Of a stretch of DNA of 64,000 bases, positions 50,892-64,000 are shown piece by piece. The first letter of the stretch is position 1. Each line of letters starts with the position of its first letter. Origin of the DNA: Paraspadella gotoi (Eukaryota; Animalia; Chaetognatha); contig CM119268.1 of assembly GCA_051294375.1 (NCBI GenBank), positions 21,906,010 through 21,970,009 on the forward strand. Reading direction: 5' to 3'. The position numbers and the translations under genes were made by a program. The notes under the pieces are model-generated. The model made no database searches. It was not told where the DNA came from and saw only the letters and a list, made by a program, of their open reading frames with translations.

Positions 50892-53612
50892 AATATAATA
50901 CAAGCAGGGTGCGTTTACTAGAACTTTTAAGCACAATTAGTAAAATTTTAGAAGGGGGGGGGGGGGTTAGTTTTTACAACCATCCGTTAGTACAATATTT
51001 TATTTTTCGTCAATTCCTAGATCAATTTAGTATTAATTTTAAAAAAACCTCTAGCTTCTTACTTTTTTTTCAGTCCAAATTTTCCCCATTGATTCTCCCG
51101 TATGGACTACCAGTCGCACTGCTACTTGCTAGTAGTAAAATATCTAACGACTATTCATCCATTAAACACCAACTTCGCGTTATTATGTAACAACATACGG
51201 CTAAGATGCGAGCGGCGGACGTCCATGTGCATTAGAGGAAAATGCGACTGAAGCTGAATGTTACAGTTTTGCAAAAGTTGATGCGTTCACCTACACATTC
51301 AGGTTAACTATAATAGGTATATGACGCAAAAATATGTGACGCCCATAAAACATAATTCTTTTATTTGTGACCGGTAGCTCATTGGAGTATGGAGTTGCCG
51401 AAACTGATGCCCTGAGGCAGGCGGAGGCATTACTCATTATAGTTGTGAATACGATATTTCAACTTCAACATGCAAAAAAAGCATTTCGAGGTTGATCAGT
51501 TTTCTGCAATTCAGTAAAGTTTTTAATAAATTTTATAGTTATTGCATATACAGATCTGTTGTCAAAAAAAAATACACCTTTAAATTGAGCACGTTTTACG
51601 CACATGTTTATAAAAAAATTATTGCATATTTTAGTTTTTGTCGACCGGGGTTAGGATGGTTAGGGTTAAGAGGATTTAGGAGTGCGAATAATTAAGTAAT
51701 TAATTTTATTTAAAAATAAATATTTTAAAATAGTAAAGTAAAATTTTACGAAATTTATGAATAATTAAATGTATATTTTGAAGTGAGAAAACCATATGTA
51801 TAAGTTAAAAAGAGATTAGGTCCAAAGCATCATAGATATAGCTCCCGAAAGAACAAGTGGGATAAAATAAAATGAAATAAAAAAAAAACATTTTTAAAGA
51901 TGCTGCCAAAAACGAGAATACTTGAGCTTTAATTTACAGTGGCTGCAAATGCGAAAAACACCTGCAGGCGCGCCAACTTATTATCCGATCGATACCACTA
52001 TAGGTAAGAGTTTGTTTCTTTTCTTTGAGTGTAATGCATACAGGAATTAATTTTTTTTATAAATTATAAAAAAATACTATTACCAACAATTTAATGTATA
52101 GTATACATGTGTTATTGTATACAGTCAAATTCCGTTTTTTGGAATATCAAAATATCTTTTCGTTTATTCAACTAATTGACTAAAACTAAATATGCTTACA
52201 TTAAAATATATGGAATAGCAAAAAATACAGGGAGGTCCAGCTCTTTTGGGGTGGGTAAAAAATATAACGAATAGATTTAATAATTAGTAAACATGAAAAA
52301 GAGTGTAATGATACCACAATCTATTTAAAAAATTCATCTTAAGCAACTATATCCTGTTTCAATTATTCAGAGAAGGCGGCATATATGCTTTGTGTACTGC
52401 GCTGGATGGGAATGCTGCCTTCCTACCACTATTGCACTAATTCAGAATATAAACAATTTCTTGAAAGGATGTATGGGACATTCTGTTTCATATCCTACAT
52501 TTCATTAATCATGAAGATTGCATAAGAAAAACTGCATGGTCAAAGTCAGAAATTACCATCCATCACCTGGATTTTTTTCCAAATTTCAAAAAATTTTGTA
52601 AGAACTGGCGCAAAAAAAATATGCCATACTATGAAAAAGATGGCTTATTTTTACATTCGCCGACCGGGATTTTGCGGTCGGTTATTTTTTATTGCTTATT
52701 TTTATCTTTTTATTCGTTACGCAAAAAAAAAAAGATATTTATAGTAAAGTATTTTATAGTAAGGTAGAAAGCTTTTATTACAAATTCCTAACCACCCTTA
52801 ACCTAACCAGCTAAAACCACATTGCTAACCGTTATAAAAAATATAGTTTTTTTCCTTTCCTTGCTTGTTTACGTACAACGAGGGGGGGGCTTTTATAAAA
52901 AAAATTTCGCACATGTTCGGCTTCAATGTAAACCTTCAACAGCCTCAAAAAACAAATTGATTTGTAAAAAAAAATATTTTAACAGGACTTCACAAACAAA
53001 TCAATTCGTTTTTGTGCTGATGAAAACTTACATTGAAGCTGAACATTTGTTCTTTATAAAACTCGTATGTAAATATTCCCTTTTCTACTCAAACAGAAAA
53101 ATAGCAATTAAAAATAAATTTAAAACCATTATTATTTATTATAAAATTGGGATTACTGAACAAAAAAATGTATATTGGGAAGACCACGACATAAGGAGTA
53201 GAGAGACAGACACATGTATTATAAGCGAGAGAAAACATATCAAATAGTTCAATACAGAAAGAGACAATAATGTAACGTGAATAGATTCGCAGGGTTGAAA
53301 ACGGTTGTCTCTCGTGGCTACGGCCACGATGGAAGAAACCCGTTGAAGCCCGGGACGACCGAGACCAATGACCGGAGTCTCGAGGGTCATGAGGCAGTCC
53401 CCCGAAGGACGAACGCCTATCAAGTTCAAGTCAAGTCAAGTTCTGAGGTCATTGTGGTCGTTGAGGGAAAAGAGAGAGAGAGTCGAGGTAAACTCGGCCT
53501 CATCCCCCCTCAAGTCGCGTTCCGGAAAGAGGCGCGGCTAGACCACACTGGCGTTGAATCCAAAGTGGTTTGCTAAAAGCTATTTTTGATCCAAAGAGTC
53601 CGATGTTGACGT

Positions 53613-56600
53613 GAAGCGAAAAACAAATAACCCACGGTCGGCGAATGTAAAAATGTAAAAATGTAAAAATGTAAAAAAAACGCCGAAATCCCGGTTGGCG
53701 AAAGTAAAATTTTTCTATTTTTTTATTCGCATATATCATTAGTTATCATTACCCAGGTGGTTGAAGTTAGGGGTAGATTTGATCCCGTTTGGAAGCTCAA
53801 ATAGTTCAGGCGAAAACGACGACGATAACAAAGACGACGAATACAACGACGAAGATGAAGTCTTTTTACTTTGCGGCCCGTAGGGGTCAGCGGGAATGAC
53901 CATTCGACCATTGGGCCTGAAATAAATTGTTATGGCTGACCTTTTTTCAGCCAATGTAAATACGTAGTTGTGGTTGTTATTTTTTCCGTTCTTGATTTTT
54001 ACTCTTTTTTCATTAATATTATGGTGGACTAAAATCCACCAACCATTCATCAGCGGCCATTGGTGCCGGAGGCAATTCATTCGCCTTCCAAAACAAAGGT
54101 CCGGGGTTAAAAAGGACGGGGCTCTGAGACGCCTGTAACACGGTGTTACAGCCTGATCTGAAGCTCCGGGACTGCTAACATTGAACGGTTCTGTCACTAT
54201 CATATAACAATTGTTATTTTCTCTTCAATATACGTTTTACTTATCACACAAAAAAAACCGCCTCAAGTTTTTCAAAATAATCGTTATTTGAGTCACCGCA
54301 CCTGGTACTTTCCTTTGTCGCTACTCGGACAATTACCCTTTATTATTATGTTAACATTATTATGTTAACATTATTTACAGTTTGTCTTTTGTTATTCTTT
54401 GGTAAACAAAGGAATAAGATGTAGTTAAAAAGATTCAGCGGTTTTTATTTAAATATTTTCTGTATTTTAGTCTCACCTGTAGAAGACGAAACACTAAGTT
54501 TATTACTGCATCTCATTTTACTATTAATTTACCGATCACTTATTGTTTATCCATTGTTCATTTATTGTTAAATTAATTGATTGATTGATTAATATTGTGA
54601 TATTTACTTATTGAATATAAGCTCTGTTTATTTTATTAAGGTACTTTTTATTTGATGAACCAAGTAAGTTTGTTTTTGCAAATTCACATCGAAGCTTAAT
54701 AAACAATTTGGCAAAGCTTAATAAACATTCTGATTGTGCTACTAACGACGTCCAAATCAGCCCTTCCAGTCTCTACGCCCAATCAAGACGAATCAATCAA
54801 TCAAGCCAGCCATCTACAGGGGTAGTTAAGGTTAGGGGGTAGTTAGGGTTAAGGGTGGTTACGGTTAAGGGTGGTTGAGGTAATATTTTAAAATCCATTT
54901 CTCTTTTTCGTGAAACAAAAACAAAATTTTGTTTGTTCTCATAAGGCAAAAAAATCACCGACCGGGAAGATCCAAAACAGTGAATGTAAAATTTTACCTA
55001 TTAGTGCTATAATGAAAAATTCGAGACCCTCAAATCTATGGTGGACAATCTTGTAAGGAAGATAGACATTAGACAGTCCCTCCTTACCCCCGTCCTTCGC
55101 TAACCCGCTTTGAGAGCCGCCAACCCCCATTCAATAGAAATATCTCCTGCTGGCGACGGCTCGAAAGCCTTTCTACCAGAATGCCTCGTCTTGGAATCGC
55201 GAAATTGAGCAACCCCTGCTAGCAACAGAATCCCGCCCTCCACTCTGGCGCGTTAACGATCAGCCACACTAAGGTAACACGGTCATTTTTTCATTATAAA
55301 AAGCGAGAGATTTTAGTATTGAAAACTTGTCGTTTAATTTAAAATTATATCTTTAGTAATTAAAATTACTCGTTTTTTGAAGGTAACAAACAGTCCCTCG
55401 ATTTTTTTCACCTGCAGTATGTAGCTATACTATCCGCTTTGTTGTAGCAGAAGAGTCCGTGAAGACATACCGCATAACTAGAGCCAGCTTTGCACGTTGC
55501 GCAGCCTTTAATTGTGTCAGATGGTATCGGGTAAACCCAAGTCAGCGAATTGCAGGGGCCACCTGTTGGCGATTCCGTATTATTCGCGGCGTATTCAGGA
55601 TTGAAAGCATCGTAAGTAACTGACGTCGTGGACCGTTTTTTTCTCGATCCTGTTTTGGAATATATCGAGTAATAAGAATAAAGAGATTGTTCCAAATTTC
55701 AATTTTGATAAACTAACCCGAGACCCGCGATTTCATTTTCTCATCAAAGTCGAAAAACCAAATTCCAGGAGAGTCAACGTTGGTGCCGCTCAAGATATCG
55801 TCCGCCGATTTGTCGATTACATTAGAGACTGGTCTTGAAACACCAAACTTAAAAAATGAAATCGAACGTTATTATGGCTAAGATTTATTAATACGTCTGG
55901 CGAACCACTCGAATTGAGAAAGTGGCTACGGAGAGAGCCGCCTGTGATGTAACCGGGTGCGAGATCTTCCATCGACTGGTTTAAGTAGATTTGAACCTTT
56001 GACGCGGTTTAAGCTTGCCTAAGTTAGCCTAAGTTAGCCTAAGTCAGGCTTTGTCACGTTATGAAGAAGGGTCACTCCGGGATCGAACACTGAACGTGTC
56101 GTTTATATGTTTCCCCATTGACCAAAATAACCCCATGGATTGCCAATAAAATGATAAAGGGATGGTTTCTACGGTTTTTCAAATCCTTTAGACATCTTAA
56201 ATTTTGCATTGAAGTACATATACGTTATATAAGTAATGAAGAGACAGTAATGATTGTTATGTATTAGTGACAGATCCGTTCAATATAAGCAGTCCCTGAG
56301 CTTCGGATCAGGCTGTAACACCGTGTTACAGGCGGGTTAAGCGCCCCGTCCCTCTTAACTGCTAGGCGACCAAGGGGTAGAACCCCGGACCTTTGGTTTG
56401 GGAGGCGAATGACTTGCCTGTGGCAGTGTGGCAGTCCACCATAGTACATATTATACATTAATACGTTATTATACAAGTATCCCTACCATAATAGAGCTTT
56501 CCGTCATTTGTTTGGTTTGAGTATTAATGTAGAGAAACAAAACCCCGGAATTCTTCTCCGTGAAGTTCGTCCACAGAACAACTTGGATTTGAAGATTCCG

Positions 56601-58506
56601 CTGCAAAGATGGAGAAAATGAAAATATTATAATACATAGGAGAAAATCTTTTTTATTTCATCTTGAATCTTTGAATTTTTTATTTCGTCTCACCCCGAAT
56701 GGACAATCGTGATTCCACTCAACCACCATGGCTTCGTCGGGAAAGAAATTCGTGAACATGACTTTTTTAATCTCATCGGATATTCGTTCCGACAACGGAC
56801 TTTCTGAAATTTGAAATCATTCGTAGTTGTTTAGTTTAACTTTGGTGCCATCTAGGTAGTTCAATGTTTGACTTACTCTGAATGACGGCGTATCGGAGCC
56901 TGACCTCGCAACCATTTTCCAGATTGCTTTGCCACCAGGGCGCGATCAGAGGTGACGGTTGCGTCCCCTCGTCGGTCCCGAGGGCGTCTTCCGCCTCGTT
57001 ATCCATTTCGCTTTGTGACGCCGAATCAGTCGATGGTCGCTTGAGAGTCATCAGTCCGTCCCGCTCGATCTGCAAGGAAAAATTGTGCTTTTTTTTTTTA
57101 ACTTTTTGTTTGCTTCCGATGGGGATGGTCAAGATTTAGAACTGTGCCATGAGTTTTTATGTCTCGTTTTCATAGTAATCGGAACAATTCTACCATACTT
57201 AATAACAATTGCACATTCATAGCGTTTCAAGGCGTAGTTTAGTTATTACGGCTGATAAATCTCTCTCTCGCTATTGTAATTCCATCTGTTGGTTCGAAGC
57301 GATATTATATTCCAATAGCCATGCACGACTCACTTTTAACTCATTGTATTTCCTCCCATCAAAGAACGCGCCGCCCGACATCCTCAAAGTCATCGATTCA
57401 TTGTCGACGTCTTGAAAATTCTCCAGGTGCAACATCGGAATTTGGCTAAGGGTTTGAGTCGCGACGATCGAAGCGCATGAAGCGACGAGGATCGACGCGA
57501 CGACGAAACGTTGCGGCGATCGTCGCCACGAATCGTCGAAACGCCGCCGAACGTGAATTTTGTGAGGAAGCGGCGTTTGTTCTTTTGTCTCGGATCGAGT
57601 CGATTTCCTTCTCCGTTTATCGAGGGCGTCGTCATTCGATGCTTTTGTGGCCATGTTTTTACAACCGCTTTTATATTTTCGATCGATTACTATTTATTAT
57701 TTTCTCCACGTAAGTCTGGATTTCATAAGACTCGCGTTTATTGCTCAGTAAATTTCTTTGTTTTTTTTTTCCATTTCTCAGAGGCAATTATTGAAAAGTC
57801 TTTTCTTTTTACTACCTTTTCCTGTTTATCTTTTTTTTTTGATCGGCTAAGATTGGCGTGGTGGACGGAGAAGCGACAACAACAACAACCCAAATGACTT
57901 GACAACGGGAAACACGATAACAACAAAAAACTCGAATCTGCCCATAATCATGGGATATCTTTTTCTCTCCCTTTCTTTCTCTCTCATATATTGCGTGCGT
58001 GTGTCGGAGGAACCGGGATATATATCCTGTCTAGTTAAAATTGTCAAATGACGTTTTATAATTAAAAAAAATAAAGAATTTCATGGGAAATTGGTTTGAA
58101 ATCTATATTGTTTCAAATTCAATAATAAAATATTACTGCGCGGTAATGATCAACAGTAAAATATTCTGGAAAAAAAAAAACAAAACAAAAGATAACGTCT
58201 TCCTTTGGGTTTGTTAATATTTGATATTAATCATCTATCAAGGCTTTAAGTTTATTGCCGGTTAACATATTAAAACGTGTACCTTAAGAAACAGACACAC
58301 TTTTTTTTTGCGAGCGAAGAAATAAGTTTTAGGAAAGCCGCGAGAAAGCCTTTTCCTAAGAATAAATGGTAAATATGTATATGTATATTGAAATCATGCA
58401 CGTTATTTTGTCGGGAATTAGGATTCGTATTGCATTCATAAATTAAATGAAGAGTGTTGTTACATCCTCAAATAGTTTCAGAAAAAAATATTTGTAAAAA
58501 AAAAAA
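53613..58506. repeat. Direct copy of segment B
   Basis: Matches 38081-43130 and continues into unique sequence. Confidence 0.95.
55412..57654 (-). CDS. NIDO-domain extracellular protein, 5' exons (copy 2)
   Basis: Same exons as 40060-42281; ORFs 57271-57654, 56836-57132 and 55408-55695. Confidence 0.72.
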
Positions 58507-59270
58507 TTACAGGCTACTTGAAATAGCATCTCCATTAATACTAACAAAAACCCCCAATTTATGCAATAACAACTGATAACAAGTCACTTTGTTACTGATG
58601 TGCGTGCGGAACCGAGCAATGGCAATGGAATTATATGTTGACGCATTGATTTGGTATAAAAATCAAGTACCATAACGTCCATGTAAATAATTTGACAATG
58701 TAAAAACCCAGTTAAATAATCGAAAATATCTTTTATTTTTTAACATTAATCAAAAATGCGACCAAAGTTGAAAGACGACCAATTGATTCATAAAGCAACA
58801 AGGAAACATACGTAAACACTTACAATAAATAACACATAATTTCAACATAAATTTGTTTTAAAACAAAACAACGTAGGCTATCATTCGAACATCCGGTTCA
58901 GAAACATTAAAAGGTCTCCAGTTATGCTAAACATCAATATATAAAGTAACAATAAATTAAAAATTGAAAATCCATTGAGGCCAATTTCAAATCATGCAAA
59001 ATAATATATCTTCTATTACTACGTTAAACACTGGATGGGAAAACAGCGAGCGAGAGAATGAGAAAAGATAGAATACAATATATAGTGGTAGGACGAATGA
59101 GCATTGTTAACAATATCACTTTTCACAACAATATGGTTTGGTCTTTTGTTGAGCTGTATTTATCCAAGGATATTCCTCTCATATGTGAACGCTAATTTAT
59201 TTGTTTTGGTTTAAAAATTGTGCTCAACTTGTAAATGTTTCAGATATAAATAATTATAATAGTAAATTAC

Positions 59271-61013
<1,743 letters not shown>

Positions 61014-61424
61014 TGTTTGTTTTATAAGTGGACGGAATTGTTATATATATATAAATAATGTTTAAAAAACGATCCAAACGTCGACGAATGAGAGAGATAG
61101 AGACAGAGAGGAATCGGTTTAAATATGGAATTCGAGGAATCACGACGGAATTGAGAGGCGGCGTTCCTAATCGCGTCGACTCATTTTCTTGACGCGAGAA
61201 GGATCGAGAACCTGCGCTCTTTGCTCTAGAGCGTGGGCGGCGGCGTCATCGGTGACCCTCTCGTGAAATTGGCGCTCGAGTCGGCGTCGTTCCGTCATCA
61301 TCGTTTTTACGTAAGCGTTGAAACGACGACGAGGACGACGACGTGTTAAACCTGGGTTTTATAACCGGATCTTTAGAAATCGAGAGATTCTGGGAAATTC
61401 TGGGGGGATGGGGAAGATCTGACT

Positions 61425-61630
61425 GCACTGATTGGTTGAAAATTTTAGAGTGAAAACACGAGATTGATGGTTGATTGGTTGATTTGGATTGGTAATGTTA
61501 AGAAGTTTTGCTTCAAAATCATTTTCCTACGCTTTGAACTGTGATTGGCGGGATCCGTAACACTCTGCTCATTGGTTGCTTTTTCATTCATTCTTCGCTC
61601 ATTGGTTGCTTTTAGCGTTGGTGACGTGAG
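61425..61630. promoter_or_regulatory. Bidirectional promoter candidate with multiple CCAAT boxes
   Basis: At least six ATTGG motifs plus TGACGT lie between the divergent starts at 61013 (-) and 61923 (+). Confidence 0.55.
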
Positions 61631-61922
61631 TGAGAGAAATTTAGAAAGAGTCTTCAGTAAAGTCGGTTTTGTCGCAAAACTGAAGACTGGGTAAAAAAAA
61701 ACAAATGATCAGAACAGATAACAATTTTGAGAGAAAAATTTATAAAAACTAATTATCCGCGACTCAGAATGAGGTTTCTCGGAATAAATCGGGTTTAAAA
61801 CACATTTACATAAAGAATCCTCTTGCGAATTTCTTTCTAATTCAAATTTTCTTAGACTTTATTAAGAGTGCATTACTTTCTTCGCTTTATTTTTATTTTA
61901 TTATTTTATATCAACCATTTTA

Positions 61923-63625
61923 ATGTTGAAAATGCGGCTTTGGAGTATTTCTTTATTTTTAACCTCTATCGCTTTGGTTAGCGACGGTTTGAACATTTCT
62001 TGTAATGACGTAAGTTTAATTAGCGGTAGCCGACCAAAATTAAATTTTAATGGGAACAGCAATAAACGAATCTATTATTAGTATTAGTTATTGTGTTAAA
62101 ATATTTTTTTGAAAAAATGTTCCGAACTATGAGTAATTCGTTAATTAAAATTATTATATTGCTATATAATGTAAAAAAATTTTTTTGGATATTTTAAGTT
62201 TTTTTAATTGATTCTGATAGAGCTCAAAAAGTTAAACGAAAAATATAATTACAACTTTTTAAGATTTTGATGTTTTATTACTAAAAATTAGCAAAAACTA
62301 TTAAAATTGACATTTCCTATCTATAAATAAATATTAAAAAATTAATTACTAGTGCTTCTAGCCATTTTAGAAAATTTTGGTCCATTGAAAGCTTTCTCAG
62401 AAATGTATGAAGTTTAATTTAGGAAGGATCCCAAATCTGACCCACCCCATTGACAAAGTTTGGCCCTAGTTTAATTCAATCCTTTGATGCAAATTTTTAT
62501 TTCATTAAAGTTTTTGCTTGTCCTTTTGACGGCGAAGAGTTTTAAATGTTTTATATTTTTTCCCTTTTTTGAGGTGGGATATGTTAATAAGTTAGTTAAG
62601 GAACTCAATATTACAATTATAATAATTTCTTTACATTAAAATTCACACGACTGTAAAACGCATCCCTCAGGTCTGCGGCAGCCAGAGTGCTCTTGCTGTA
62701 CCCAGTTGCGTCGGACAGCGCGTCCACCCTATCCTACACGCAGAATGCAACTGCGTCGTGGGTTACACATGTTGTCGTCTCCAGTGTCCGGTCGACAACG
62801 TCTCTTGCCAATCAGGTTCGTTTTTATCCACCAGTTCTTAAAAAGTTCACCATTCATTATGCCAAATACAAGAGCGCGTTAAAACTCACAATTAAATTCT
62901 GAAAATATGAAAAATGGAACTATAAAGTGTTTTAAATTCCATTCTCTTTTCAATCATTTTTTGTCGCAAGAATGATAGTTTTTAATTGACATTTTTATCC
63001 AATTGCCTTGTTTAATTCCTGTAAAATCTTATACAAGTTTTCTTCCTTCTCTGACCTTCGAATCCTTGAAAACGAAAAAAAGGGGGAAAAAATTTCTCCA
63101 TCTCATTTGCATATTTCGTCTCCTTTTTTCTTCTCTACAAAAAAAGGGGCGGAATACGCGATGACCTCCGTGGACGATTGCAAGTGCGAGAAGAAGAGTT
63201 GCCGCGCATGCGCGAAACCCGCGATAGTCTGTCGGGAGGGTTGCGAGGTAGGTTCAGGGTGGCCAATTGGATGTACGATGGGTTTTCGGAATGATATCGA
63301 GGCTGCTCTGGTTTGTCGGTGGGCGCTTATTGGAGCATTAAGGATTCCCTTATTTAAGGCTTAAACTTAATCCCATAAGGTTGCTCGAACGGGTATCGAT
63401 CCAACAACGGGTTGTCCGACCAAGGAGTGCGTCCGCTCGTGCCCGCCTCCTCTCACTTCCTGCCCGACCTGTACCCGGCTCGAGTCCTTCGTCGATCCGC
63501 GCTTCTGCGGCTGCGTCGTCGGCCGATGCGCGCCGGTGACGTGTCCCGCGCCATCGTCGCCGCAGACGCCGCAGGACTGCGCAGTTGTCAAGACGATCAT
63601 CGATGAGTGCGGATGTCCTAAACAG
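61923..63625 (+). CDS. Secreted Cys-rich repeat protein (antistasin-like spacing), 3'-partial; exons ~61923-62009, 62671-62815, 63147-63247, 63380-63625
   Basis: Signal peptide MRLWSISLFLTSIALVSDG; in-phase repeats such as ECNCVVGYTCC, DDCKCEKKSC, DPTTGCPTKEC, DPRFCGCVVGRC, DECGCPKQ. Confidence 0.78.
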
Positions 63626-64000
63626 GTTTACCGTTAACAGATTTAACCAATGAATTAACCATTAACCAATCAGAAATCAGAGTATCCAAGGGAATCAAAT
63701 CAGAATATAGATATGGAGGTCACCCAGAAGTAAGAGATTAAGTTTTGAAAAATGCTTTCGGTAACGATTTGGAGGACAGATGGTATTTTTTTTTTCGGGA
63801 ATGAAGTGTTTACGTATGATTTACATACGTATTATGTGTATACTGAATACTGTATAATCGTTAAGAAATGAGCAAGATGACCTCACAACAAGTTTTAAAT
63901 TTGTAAATGAGGTCATAAAAAAGTGCTAATTAAAAAATTGGTGGTAATGTCTAATGTCTTTTATCAATCAGGTCTATGATTCTGAAAACTATTGCGCGGC

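Larger units (their letters stand above)
43277..53612. repeat. Inverted copy of segment A, indel-rich (low-quality consensus or alternative haplotype)
   Basis: Reverse complement of 28910-38087 with many 1-bp indels and three extra insertions. Confidence 0.95.

Noticed and set aside
46739-52003. Frameshifted duplicate as a true pseudogene
   Set aside because: 1-bp indels are spread evenly over coding and non-coding DNA, which fits unpolished long-read error better.

Overview
AT-rich invertebrate-animal genomic DNA with short spliceosomal introns and three N-gaps. Most short ORFs in the supplied track are exon fragments or shadow ORFs. Spliced genes reconstructed by hand: a 5'-partial glutathione reductase (+), an SLC34 Na/phosphate cotransporter (-), an unannotated 159-aa 4-exon protein (-), two convergent paralogous ZP-domain membrane proteins, a Cys-rich/mucin exon series, a NIDO-domain protein, a PRMT6-like methyltransferase (-) and a secreted Cys-repeat protein (+). 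About 28.9-58.5 kb is two versions of one locus: A+B, then inverted A+B. These look like two haplotypes differing by a ~9 kb inversion and by several presence/absence transposon insertions. The most interesting signals are (1) palindromic mini-elements carrying two outward-facing minimal hammerhead ribozymes plus a one-sided tail (Penelope-like), some embedded in a Helentron-like element with TTAGGG-like repeats, and (2) a solo LTR containing two tandem tRNA-like folds just upstream of the SLC34 start codon. All calls were made by eye; no searches were run.
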